Positions 54,481 through 64,000 of a stretch of 64,000 bases of DNA are shown in pieces. A program made the position numbers and the translations under genes. The notes under the pieces were generated by a model, which searched no databases, was not told where the DNA came from, and saw only the letters and a list, made by a program, of their open reading frames with translations. The DNA lies in IMG/VR virus record IMGVR_UViG_3300035181_000471, positions 62,001-126,000 of that record; one strand, 5' to 3'. Position 1 is the stretch's first letter, and each line of letters begins with the position of its first letter.

Positions 54481-55452
54481 ATGTCAGATATTCTATTCCC
54501 AACAGATTATGACCTAACCACCGCGCAAAGAGTGGGGCTACTTCCCATTCGTGGGGAAAAGAGAATCATTCCCGTTGATGTTGGAGTGACAGGGGAGGAT
54601 GATGAAACGGCCATTAGTGCCATTTCCAATGTAAAGGCCACCCTAACCGACTATGTGACCGTCAGACTCCTAAACAGAAAAGGTGAAAACTATGTCTACC
54701 GTTTCCTAGTCAACCCTAAAACTATTTCAGTCGCTCACCAGACCTTAGACTCACATTCCATGACCAGAGCCGGGTGGCAGTTTGGGGTATGGGGGGAGGA
54801 CACCATCGACCTCCACATCTCTGGCTCCACCGCAGGGCAATACCACTTCAACGGAACCACTGACGCATTTGAAGAATTCAGTATTAGTTATAGAAACATC
54901 ATGGAGTTAATGAATCTTTTTGAAAACAATGGCTATACCTTTGAAGGAGATGATCTTAACTCAACGAATGTATTTGCCGCCGACTTTACTAGACGAAGAA
55001 TTAAATATCACCAGGATGTTGAATTAAAAGTTGGAAACTTCATCTGGAGAGGGATGTTCACTACTATGAGTCTCTCTAGCACAGCCGACACCCCCTACTA
55101 CAACAAGTTTGATCTCGGTTTTCTAGCTTGGAAGGAAGACTATAAGAAGGAATCTCCTTGGAGAAGTCCCATCGTAAATAGTGTCTACAGAGGCCACTCC
55201 AAAGAAGTTCTTGATATGCTAGAAGCAAAAGCACAGCAAGAGGCGGAATACGCTGCTGATGCCGCCGCCAAAGAAGAATCTGCAAAGCAGTCAGATGCCG
55301 CCATTCAAAACGAGATTCTAACTCAAGGTATTCAACAAGGTATCGTGGACCCAAGAACCGCCTTTGGTCAAACATCCTACAACAATCAAACCCCTCTCAT
55401 CGCAGACGCATTAGTTCGTATGCAGTTATTTGGGTCAGAAGGAAACTTATAA
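54481..55452 (+). CDS. Baseplate/tube-initiator-like protein (paralogous to C-terminal domain of preceding gene)
   Basis: FLVNP, TRAGW..WGE..ISGSTAG, WRGMF..S..ADTPY. Confidence 0.65.
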   Translation: MSDILFPTDYDLTTAQRVGLLPIRGEKRIIPVDVGVTGEDDETAISAISNVKATLTDYVTVRLLNRKGENYVYRFLVNPKTISVAHQTLDSHSMTRAGWQFGVWGEDTIDLHISGSTAGQYHFNGTTDAFEEFSISYRNIMELMNLFENNGYTFEGDDLNSTNVFAADFTRRRIKYHQDVELKVGNFIWRGMFTTMSLSSTADTPYYNKFDLGFLAWKEDYKKESPWRSPIVNSVYRGHSKEVLDMLEAKAQQEAEYAADAAAKEESAKQSDAAIQNEILTQGIQQGIVDPRTAFGQTSYNNQTPLIADALVRMQLFGSEGNL

Positions 55453-58058
55453 TGACTCAAATCAGAAACATCATTCAATCCGCGCCTAGTAGAGAGATCA
55501 TCAAGACCGCTCCTGATATGGTTGTGTATATTGATGGGCTTCCATTTTTCATTAACCCTTATTTGAAGGATGAGTCTAACAACTACACCACCGTAAACTT
55601 CAATGACTATGTTACTGCAATAGCAACAAACTATGGTGTTGATAATTTAATCCCATCAGGCTCCATCAATCTTTCAGTTCCTAACGGCTCCAAGCAGTTG
55701 TTCATGGCTCCAGGCGGGGGGCTACTCATTGACACAATGAGTGAGGTGAGGATCTATGCAAAGTCATACTTCTTCAGCCCAACAGGTAATACCGTTTACA
55801 GAAGAATTTTTAATGGGATGATTAAGTCAGTAGACTACAATGAGAACAATACTTCTCTTGAAATCGCAATTTCCGTGGTGGGAATTCTTCATTTGATGGA
55901 GTTGATGCAGACTGATCGCGCACCAGCAACCATGTCTAATTCCTCTGAGAGTCAGACTCCAATGCAAACGGTGGACTCTAACAAGAACGCTTACCAAGTT
56001 ATTGTGGCGACCTTCAGACGAGCGATGGATTACTCCGGTTTTTTGAAGACTGCCATTGGGACCAAGGAAGAAAAAATCAAAGACTCGGCTCTTGCGGCCA
56101 GTCTTAAGGCTAACTTCATAGCCAAGTGGCAAGAACGCTTGACCGATTTGAGAAAGTATGTCCACCTATTTGGTTACAAGGAAACAGTAGCTCAGCCAGA
56201 TAGTGTAGACGCTAAGTCACAAGATGTGAAGAACACCAAGGACACCACCAAGGCTTCTGGAGCAGAGGCTTCCAGTGTAGAGAGTCAGGCAAACAACTAC
56301 CTGACAAACTCTATCAGAAGGCACCTACCTGAGTTTGCTCTAGGATCTATCCAATTGTTCCAGGGTAAGATCATGCCTAGACTTGAGATCGTTAGAGCCG
56401 CCATTGAGTCCATTGGCTATGAGGGTTATCAGGATGTAGACGGGTCTATCATCATTAAACCGCCTCTCTACAACCTAGATTCCACCATCATTGGGGATAC
56501 CTCCAAGATCAAGGATGAGAACCTATCCGAGTATTCTAACCCATTCATCATTCACCTATCCGAAGTTTTAGGTGAGAACTACATGGAAGATGAGTCGGCC
56601 ATTAGAAGAACCAGAATGACGGTTCAGGGTGGGTTTAATCCCGCTGGCTGGCAAATGGGAATGGCAAACAGCCTGAAGGCTGTAGGCTCCTTCATTGATG
56701 TAAACCTAGTTCGTAAATTTGGTGTTCGTGATGAAGCTCCTAGACAGCTTAATTTCTTGTCACACAATTCAAAGGCTATCTTCGCCTTTGCCGCTATGGA
56801 GTTGGTGAAACTTAACAAAAACTTCAGAACTTATCATGTCACCATACCTCTCAGACCTGAGATGAGGTTAGGCTTCCCAATCTTCATTCCACACCTTGAT
56901 ATGTATGCTTATGTCTCTGGGATAGGGGTCTCATACAATGTTGGTGGTCGCGCAGATATGTCGCTAACCTGTAACTTCATCCGTAAAAGACCACAATTTC
57001 CTACTTATCAGAAGACTGAGAAAGGGGAACCCATCATCGTGTACGCCTCCCAGCCTAATCTAGTTCACAAGTGGACTAAGAGCGGAGGGTCAACTGTATT
57101 CAACAGTGATCAGATGAAAGCAGATCAGCTAGGATTGTTGGTCACTGGTTCCCCAGCTACTATCCATAACCCCTTTAAGCCTTCGGATGAGCAAAATGCC
57201 ATAGATTCCTATGTTAAGAAGAAACTTGGAAACCTATTCGAAACTCATACCGACTCTAAGGACATGAACTGGACCGTCCAGAAAGATGATGAAAAGTTCT
57301 TTGGAGATGAATTTGATATTGATAACATCAGCACTGAGCGTCCAGCCGGAAAGAAGGTGGTTTCCAACAATGGAGTTTACATTGATAAACTAACTTCAGC
57401 CCAGCCTTTCACAGATGAAAAGGGCTATGAAGTTATGACTCCATTTGCTTGGGGTCGATACTCCTCCGTGAGCGAAGCCATTTATGAGTTTACTAGAGGC
57501 GGAACAATTGAAGACACTAGAGGAATTGAAACTAAAACCGCTGAGAGTAAAGCCCTCCTAAAGACCTCCTCTGCCTTCCTCTACGCTGGTATGGCAACTC
57601 CAGTTCTAGCTCCAACAAGTGCTTCTCAATTGCGAACAGTTACGGAAAAGACTGGTGGAGATGCCGCTAAAATTGTGGATGAATTGCAGTTATTTGATCG
57701 CTCTAATGTCATTTCGTTTGAGATGGACTTCACTGGAGGTAATAGACTTAACAATGATTCTACTCAGCTACAAGCTATGGCTGACTCCGCAGATTTCTCC
57801 AATGTTGTCGATGTGACTCCTCCACCCGTGTCTCCTACAAGTGATCAATCCGCCCTACAAAGAGCCGAGTCTTTCCTTGCTGGCACACAAGATTATCTAA
57901 AATCAGTTCTTAACGAAGGCAGTAATAGTAATAGTGATGTGTCTCTATTGCCACAAAACACCGATCTAGGAACTTACGCAACCCCAGGCTCAATCTCTTC
58001 AAGCCTGTCAAAGCTTCAAGCGACTTGGGTTAACCTAGGGAAAGGGACGGTTGAGTAA
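55452..58058 (+). CDS. Baseplate hub-like protein
   Basis: YQDVDGSIIIKPPLYN, IPLRPEMRLGFP, YVSGI; position. Confidence 0.65.
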   Translation: MTQIRNIIQSAPSREIIKTAPDMVVYIDGLPFFINPYLKDESNNYTTVNFNDYVTAIATNYGVDNLIPSGSINLSVPNGSKQLFMAPGGGLLIDTMSEVRIYAKSYFFSPTGNTVYRRIFNGMIKSVDYNENNTSLEIAISVVGILHLMELMQTDRAPATMSNSSESQTPMQTVDSNKNAYQVIVATFRRAMDYSGFLKTAIGTKEEKIKDSALAASLKANFIAKWQERLTDLRKYVHLFGYKETVAQPDSVDAKSQDVKNTKDTTKASGAEASSVESQANNYLTNSIRRHLPEFALGSIQLFQGKIMPRLEIVRAAIESIGYEGYQDVDGSIIIKPPLYNLDSTIIGDTSKIKDENLSEYSNPFIIHLSEVLGENYMEDESAIRRTRMTVQGGFNPAGWQMGMANSLKAVGSFIDVNLVRKFGVRDEAPRQLNFLSHNSKAIFAFAAMELVKLNKNFRTYHVTIPLRPEMRLGFPIFIPHLDMYAYVSGIGVSYNVGGRADMSLTCNFIRKRPQFPTYQKTEKGEPIIVYASQPNLVHKWTKSGGSTVFNSDQMKADQLGLLVTGSPATIHNPFKPSDEQNAIDSYVKKKLGNLFETHTDSKDMNWTVQKDDEKFFGDEFDIDNISTERPAGKKVVSNNGVYIDKLTSAQPFTDEKGYEVMTPFAWGRYSSVSEAIYEFTRGGTIEDTRGIETKTAESKALLKTSSAFLYAGMATPVLAPTSASQLRTVTEKTGGDAAKIVDELQLFDRSNVISFEMDFTGGNRLNNDSTQLQAMADSADFSNVVDVTPPPVSPTSDQSALQRAESFLAGTQDYLKSVLNEGSNSNSDVSLLPQNTDLGTYATPGSISSSLSKLQATWVNLGKGTVE

Positions 58059-60403
58059 TGAGTGAAGATCCCACAATCTACAGACAGCTTCCAGAAAAGC
58101 AGGCCGTATCTCAGCGTAGCCGTGAGGCCGAGCAGTTTGCTGGATTTCTTGTCGTTGTAAGACGAGTAGACTACGAAAGCAAGATCCTAACCGTAGAGGA
58201 TACTCGCACCAACATCGTCTACAACCAAGTAAAGATCTTCCCCACCGTTGCCTCTTCACCAGAGTCTACTGATGAGGTGATGGTTCAAGAGGGTGCCATA
58301 GGTTTAGCCTTCTTCCTAGAAGGTCATGGATCAATGGCAGAACTAGCCATCTCAACCTGGATTGTTACCGACACACTACGAGCTATTGATGCCATCGCAA
58401 CTCGTCCCATGACCGCTAAGGATAGCCTTCATGGGTGGACCAATAGAAATCGTGGTGTATATCGCAAGGCTTATCCAGGTCAGAAGGTGTCCACGCTATC
58501 CGCTGGCTTCACCGAGAAGATGGATGAGGGTTGGGACAGAACATCCTCTGACTTCTCTAGAGAGAAGCTTGATTCATTCAAGAGAACAAAGTTCGGAGTC
58601 ACTGGTAGAACTGTGAACTACACTGACGCTGGCTTGACCTTTGAAGGTCCAGTCAATCGTCCTAATGCCTCCACTGACGATGTAACACCCAGACTCATGC
58701 CTGACGGTTCAAATGAGTGGGTAGTCTATCTATCCTCTAAGAGCAGTAAGCTATCAGACAAATACAAGAAGGGTACTCAAGATCTTCTACCTATTGTTGA
58801 ACGCACTGAAAAGATCCAGGAATTCGCGTTAGACTTCCCTCTACCCCTTGAGGTGCTTGAGTCCGACTATTTAGACAAGGTGCTTGGGTTATCTAAAACT
58901 TCTGATGAATGGTGGTCTAGAACCTCCGTAAAAGATCTTGGTGACAAGTTCAAAGTAGCTTATGAGGATCAATCCTACATGGTTGATCAAGGATGGGATC
59001 ACCCTCTAAACTCTTCAACCCCCATTGGACCTACTACCAGTGACGGACCCTCGCCTAGACGCAGGGGTTGGATCATTGAAAAATCCGAAGGAACTTTGGT
59101 GGGGTCTAATTCCTTCGACAAGACCACCTATGGCAAAGTTTTGAAGCCCACTATCTTTCCTTACACCAAGGAAGGTAGATTTGGAACTAGTGTAGAATCC
59201 GGGTATATCCCTGTAGTGAAGAAGTCAGATCAGGTGGAAACCCGCATGGCCGCTTCCGCATGGTCATTGAGATTCCCTTATGAATACAACACCACTCGTT
59301 TTGATATTACCAAAGAAGGTCATATTCAATTCGAAGTCGGGTCTACTATCCCCAAAGAAAACATTGCATGGGATGGACAGTCCTATGAGCATCCATACGG
59401 TGCTGGTAGGTCATTAGACGGTCACTTCCTTGGAAGCGTTAGATTAGTAATTGGAAAGAATAGGGATGATGAAGACTCGTTAGATCTCACCACTTTAGGC
59501 GGAACCGTTCTTCGCCTAGGAGCAGATGATACATCCCTCCCAACTACTAGAAGAGCAGTAAACACTCAGATCAGAGGCAAAAAGGATAGTATTCAGGCCC
59601 GTGATATCCAGTTCTGGGGTAAGTCCAAGTTCAAATCAATGGGTGACGCTGGTGATCTAAATTCTAAGATTGCTGGAGAAAATGTATCTCTTCGCGCCTC
59701 CCTGGACGGCGGTATGCTTCTTCGCCTAGGAGCGAGAGACAAGGCTTCGCGCCGTAAGCACCTCCGTAACGGCTACGAAGACGGACAAGGAAGGGCACAA
59801 CAGTCACCATTTGATGCAACACGCCAGGACTCCAGAAGCAAGGGTAGGCCCATCTACGGAGTCGGAGACAGTCACTACAGATTCCATGATCTCGCTAAAG
59901 CCGGATCTCCAGTTCAGAAAGTGCAACCCTACTCTTGGTCAGGTGACGCCGTTGGAGATATGGACACCACTGGCCTATCCGCTGATATTCACGCTGTCAG
60001 AGACATTCTAATTCGTATTGGAGCCAACGAGCAAAATGGTCAGTCACTACTCGCTGATTTGGCTGGTGGTATCGTTGCCGCAGTTGGTAAGGACAAGCAG
60101 GGTAGATCTTTAACAGCCGCATTCGATGGTGGTATTGAAGCCACTATCGGCTCTAATAACGAGAAGAAAGGACTCAGATTGGAGATCAACGGAGATGTTG
60201 ATATTGCCATCCGAGGAAACCTACACTTGAATGTTACAGGTGATATCTCAATTGAATCTGTCCGATCCACTCATGTAGCCAAGATTATGATGGTGAACAA
60301 GTCACTATCCATTATTGACCGAGCTTCAGTAGTTCACACCACAGAAGCTCCAGAAATTATTCATAACCAAGGATTCTACGATTCTCCCGCCGATTCGAAC
60401 TAA
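58058..60403 (+). CDS. Central spike (gp5/VgrG-like) protein
   Basis: N-terminal OB-like segment, C-terminal beta-helix repeats LEINGDVDIAIRGNLHLNVTGD. Confidence 0.65.
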   Translation: MSEDPTIYRQLPEKQAVSQRSREAEQFAGFLVVVRRVDYESKILTVEDTRTNIVYNQVKIFPTVASSPESTDEVMVQEGAIGLAFFLEGHGSMAELAISTWIVTDTLRAIDAIATRPMTAKDSLHGWTNRNRGVYRKAYPGQKVSTLSAGFTEKMDEGWDRTSSDFSREKLDSFKRTKFGVTGRTVNYTDAGLTFEGPVNRPNASTDDVTPRLMPDGSNEWVVYLSSKSSKLSDKYKKGTQDLLPIVERTEKIQEFALDFPLPLEVLESDYLDKVLGLSKTSDEWWSRTSVKDLGDKFKVAYEDQSYMVDQGWDHPLNSSTPIGPTTSDGPSPRRRGWIIEKSEGTLVGSNSFDKTTYGKVLKPTIFPYTKEGRFGTSVESGYIPVVKKSDQVETRMAASAWSLRFPYEYNTTRFDITKEGHIQFEVGSTIPKENIAWDGQSYEHPYGAGRSLDGHFLGSVRLVIGKNRDDEDSLDLTTLGGTVLRLGADDTSLPTTRRAVNTQIRGKKDSIQARDIQFWGKSKFKSMGDAGDLNSKIAGENVSLRASLDGGMLLRLGARDKASRRKHLRNGYEDGQGRAQQSPFDATRQDSRSKGRPIYGVGDSHYRFHDLAKAGSPVQKVQPYSWSGDAVGDMDTTGLSADIHAVRDILIRIGANEQNGQSLLADLAGGIVAAVGKDKQGRSLTAAFDGGIEATIGSNNEKKGLRLEINGDVDIAIRGNLHLNVTGDISIESVRSTHVAKIMMVNKSLSIIDRASVVHTTEAPEIIHNQGFYDSPADSN

Positions 60404-60412
60404 GGAATACTA

Positions 60413-63400
60413 ATGCCAGAACTATTTCCAGTCCAAGCTAAAGGCCCAGCAATCACTAGGCCGGAGCTTCCTTCTGCCTTAGTTAAAGTTCAAAAGAATT
60501 ACCATAAGGCTATGGAGCAGGGACGCTTTCTTGAAAGCTCCATCGGTGACGCTACTTTTTGGGCCAAGAACGCCAAAAAAGACCTGGAAGACAAGATTAA
60601 ACTCTGGATCAAGCTTCAGCTATTAGGTGTAGACGGACAGCAGGGTGATAAGGTTCGTCCCTTCCTTTACATCAAGGATGTAATTGAAATCATCAAGGAA
60701 ATGAAGGCCCTAATGGATGAGGTCATTGGGGTCATCCAAGCTCTGATCCAGATAGTTCAGCTTCTTATCGCCATTAAAAATAAAATGCAGGCCATGATCC
60801 AGGGAATTCTAAATGCCCTAGCAACTTTAATCGCTGAGATCTGCAACTGGAAACTACCTGACCTCCCCTCCCTTCCCAACCTCTTCGGAGATTTAGTTTG
60901 GGGCTGGAACGGGTTCAATCTAAACTTTAATTTTAACACAAAATTCACTTTTGACACCAAATTTGCCTTCGGGAACTGCAAAGTTGTGCCTCCCAACCTA
61001 GACATATTCAGGAACTACCCAAAGAATTTAAACATCGGTGGCGTCACCTACGGCAATCAGGTATTTAACCCTCCAATCGGAGGAATTATTCCAACCATGA
61101 ACCAGCTTAATAGCAAAGATTATTACGATTCATTTGTTGCCCCAGCCTCACAAACTAGCCCAGTTCTTTCCCCAGATTTCAATCCTAACTCGGATATGGC
61201 CGGATCTCTACCAAAGGCAGAGATCGTGGTATCAAATTTCTCCATGCCACCCTCCATGTTTGAAGAAAATGTTGTAGCCCTCATTCTTCCCGAAGCCGTG
61301 CCTCAGGTGGATGACCCTGACTACAACGACATCCAAGTTCCAAACAACGGCCTAAGCTCTCCTAATGCCTCCACACAGGCTAGAAGACTGGATCTATACA
61401 ACCTGTTCTCCAAGGAAATCACATTAGCAAAAATCATCGACAACAACTTTGATTTAAACCGAGCCGCCGCCTGGGTTCTATACCTGAAGAATGCAAGAAC
61501 CTTGAGAAAGGGTTTGTGGATTCCTGAATTCCAGCATGTTTTTGAAGAATTTATTCAACCTACTATCGCGTATCTAGAAGCTAATCCTGTTCCTTATAAT
61601 TCCTTCGAAGGGGAAGTAAAGCGTGGACCTAAGTCCCTCCCACTCATTGATAAGTTTATTTCGTTTGCTAACGCAGATGACGCCAACCACACCTATTGGA
61701 TGCTATCGTTCATTGAAGCTGGGCTACTTGGGTATACTAGAGAGGTCAGATGGGATTCCTATGCTTCTGATGACTATCTATCGAGAGTTACCCTTGATGA
61801 TTTGGACTTCTTCCCTGCAACCTACAATTCCACATTTACTAGCATCGTAGAGTCATCAAACGGGAAAGCCAACTACCCTCAACTCATAAAATTACCTTCT
61901 CTTACAATTGATCTAGTCAACCAAGCCGTAGCTAAGGGAGAGGTTGACATTGAAAATCACACTACCTGGAGAACTTCTAGAACCCAATACAAGTTCGTTT
62001 ATGATCAGTTTGCAAATGCCACCGAAGTAGATAGATACTCCCAGTTCTGGAGAGAGTGGTCTGGAAATTTTGACTCACTGATGCAAGAAGATGGTTATGT
62101 TCCTTATGTAATGAACTACTGGCTCATCCTTGATTCTGCCGTAAGTCCTCTTGCGAGTGGTGAATTATTCTCTTATTTAAAGACCGATTACATGACTCGT
62201 GACTTGGGATGGAAGCCCGGAGATGGACTACTTAATCTACCCAAAGCCGTCTACTTCAATATTGATCCAGGTTGGAGACCCGATGATTCAAACAACGGAT
62301 GGAGTGCAGATGGCAAGACCTTTGATGAACAAGCCTTCATCTCTCGTCCTGATATCCTGGCTCTACCTATTCCAACACAGATGGCGATGATGGATTTAAA
62401 TAAGTCCTATGCCACTGTCCTAAAATTCCGTGATACTATGTCAGCCGCTATCGACAGTGAGATAACAGCTATTCAAGCAACCATTGACGAAGCCTCTTCT
62501 GTAGTCGGATTCCAAGTCTCCACCTCGGACAAACTCACGCTTCTCACTAATGAACCTTATGTGATTTCCTTCCCCACTATAGTATTCGACCACACTAAGA
62601 ATGTTGCAGACCCAACCAAGTTCATTGTCAAAAAGACTGGGGACTACACTGTGGCTGGAGCCTTCTACACTAGCACCTCTTCTACCCCAGCCACTAGAAA
62701 AGTTGAGATTCTAGTTAACGGGAAAACCCTACTCTCCAACACCTCAGACAAAACTACCAATGAGGCTTTAATTGGTTTGAGTGGTGCGCTCCCATTAGTC
62801 GAGAACGATGAGGTTCAGATCTTTATATCTCAAGACGGTGTTAACCCCGTAGAGCTACTTCAGGACTCTACAGTGTCCTTCATGGTCACAGTGTCCGATC
62901 CAACAGTTGTGGCCGCTCAGAGTGCCTCCTACGGCTACCCGGTGGGTATTGGCTCCATCTTAAACCTCACCGCCTCATTCATCTCCACCAGCGGTAAAAT
63001 TCTCCCCATTCACCCTGAATTGGATGTTTCTACTCCGCCTTGGTTCGATGGTATCACTTTAAAGCCTGGAAAAGCTGATGAATCCGTGCCACTAGCTATG
63101 GAATACGGCAAGGTCTACTCAATTGATGAGCCTGTCTTAAGCCCAGGAATGGTAATGTTTGCTGGACCAAACGGAGTAATTAACCAGGACTACAACACCA
63201 CAGCCGCATCTTGTAGGTGGATTGTAGTGGTAGGCAAGGCCATCTCTCCAACTGAGTTTGTATTCCAGCCCCATCTACCCACTGACCAAGCCAAGTCCGG
63301 TGGAGGAGCCTCAGTGAACGATTCCAACTATGTCCATGAACAGACTACACCATCTAGTGCCTGGGTGGTCCACCACAATCTAGGTAAGTATGTCTCGGTT

Positions 63401-63532
63401 GATTTGGCCTATGACAACGGTCAGCAATTTGATGCAAACATCATCTACGGAACCGATGCAGATCCCAATGATCTCAACACTGTTAGGGTGTTCATGACTC
63501 GCGCCATCACGGGTAAGGCCATCTGTAATTAA
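60413..63532 (+). CDS. Large virion structural protein with C1q-like segment and C-terminal HNLG domain
   Basis: FPTIVFD..KFIVKKTGDY..LVENDEVQI; YVHEQ..WVVHHNLG. Confidence 0.6.
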   Translation: MPELFPVQAKGPAITRPELPSALVKVQKNYHKAMEQGRFLESSIGDATFWAKNAKKDLEDKIKLWIKLQLLGVDGQQGDKVRPFLYIKDVIEIIKEMKALMDEVIGVIQALIQIVQLLIAIKNKMQAMIQGILNALATLIAEICNWKLPDLPSLPNLFGDLVWGWNGFNLNFNFNTKFTFDTKFAFGNCKVVPPNLDIFRNYPKNLNIGGVTYGNQVFNPPIGGIIPTMNQLNSKDYYDSFVAPASQTSPVLSPDFNPNSDMAGSLPKAEIVVSNFSMPPSMFEENVVALILPEAVPQVDDPDYNDIQVPNNGLSSPNASTQARRLDLYNLFSKEITLAKIIDNNFDLNRAAAWVLYLKNARTLRKGLWIPEFQHVFEEFIQPTIAYLEANPVPYNSFEGEVKRGPKSLPLIDKFISFANADDANHTYWMLSFIEAGLLGYTREVRWDSYASDDYLSRVTLDDLDFFPATYNSTFTSIVESSNGKANYPQLIKLPSLTIDLVNQAVAKGEVDIENHTTWRTSRTQYKFVYDQFANATEVDRYSQFWREWSGNFDSLMQEDGYVPYVMNYWLILDSAVSPLASGELFSYLKTDYMTRDLGWKPGDGLLNLPKAVYFNIDPGWRPDDSNNGWSADGKTFDEQAFISRPDILALPIPTQMAMMDLNKSYATVLKFRDTMSAAIDSEITAIQATIDEASSVVGFQVSTSDKLTLLTNEPYVISFPTIVFDHTKNVADPTKFIVKKTGDYTVAGAFYTSTSSTPATRKVEILVNGKTLLSNTSDKTTNEALIGLSGALPLVENDEVQIFISQDGVNPVELLQDSTVSFMVTVSDPTVVAAQSASYGYPVGIGSILNLTASFISTSGKILPIHPELDVSTPPWFDGITLKPGKADESVPLAMEYGKVYSIDEPVLSPGMVMFAGPNGVINQDYNTTAASCRWIVVVGKAISPTEFVFQPHLPTDQAKSGGGASVNDSNYVHEQTTPSSAWVVHHNLGKYVSVDLAYDNGQQFDANIIYGTDADPNDLNTVRVFMTRAITGKAICN

Positions 63533-63564
63533 AGACTTCCTGCTTCTTCTTTGAGGAATGTTGA

Positions 63565-64000
63565 ATGGCTCGTCCCCTAGAAGATAATTTAGATCTTAAC
63601 CTAAATCAAGCCCAGAATTTACTGATGGAGAAGCTAGCCTCCGACCCTTCAGTATTGACTGAGGCTAGATTATGGTATAATACCACCGAAAAAGTTGGTA
63701 AGTATTGGAATGGGACAAGTTTAATCCTTCTAGATGGTCTCGGAGGTGGTGGAACACCACCCTACATTACCACCATCGGTGACGCTACAAATGCTACTTT
63801 CGTCCTGACACACGGCTTAGGGACCACTCATGTAGCCGTGTCCATTTTTGAAACCACAGGCTTCAAACGAAAAGTTGACGCTGGCATTGAAATTCGTGCT
63901 ACAAGTGCCAATCAGATCACACTTCTTTTCGCAGTTCCACCAGCCGTAAATTCCTATGAAGTAATTGTATTCATAGCAGGTAGTGGTGCCAGTGTCATTG
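63565..64000 (+). CDS. Tail fibre/structural protein, runs off window end
   Basis: Open frame MARPLEDNLDLNLNQ...LWYNTTEK...LTHGLGT; GAGGA RBS. Confidence 0.75.
   Translation, partial: MARPLEDNLDLNLNQAQNLLMEKLASDPSVLTEARLWYNTTEKVGKYWNGTSLILLDGLGGGGTPPYITTIGDATNATFVLTHGLGTTHVAVSIFETTGFKRKVDAGIEIRATSANQITLLFAVPPAVNSYEVIVFIAGSGASVI

Noticed and set aside
1-64000. Stop-codon reassignment
   Set aside because: Genes are full length under code 11, all three stops terminate recognisable proteins, and no suppressor tRNA is present in the window.

Overview
Fragment of a large (jumbo-type, probably contractile-tailed) dsDNA bacteriophage genome using the standard bacterial code. 1-2.4 kb: minus-strand tRNA array (10 complete tRNAs, one truncated) with an inserted HNH gene, several structured spacers, and an upstream 34-codon leader ORF plus terminator/antiterminator that looks like a general tRNA-sensing attenuator. 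2.5-46.8 kb (all minus strand): accessory, host-takeover, RNA-repair, nucleotide-metabolism and replication genes (CoaD, HD hydrolases, DNA methylase, PspA/DUF2491 module, four ligase-family nucleotidyltransferases, Tdk, DnaB-like and intein-containing DinG-like helicases, a 1823-aa Ig-like repeat protein, LAGLIDADG-dUTPase fusion, class II RNR, methyltransferase-glycosyltransferase fusion) and a strongly diverged, probably nuclease-dead TnpB-like gene followed by an omegaRNA-like structured region. 47.2-64 kb (plus strand): tail module (holin-like, chaperone-like proteins, tape measure, lytic transglycosylase, hub, spike, baseplate/fibre). Several early-type promoters (GGTA-N20-22-TATAAT) sit inside hairpins that would hide the downstream ribosome-binding site on read-through RNA. 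All family assignments come from motif recognition by eye; no database search was run.
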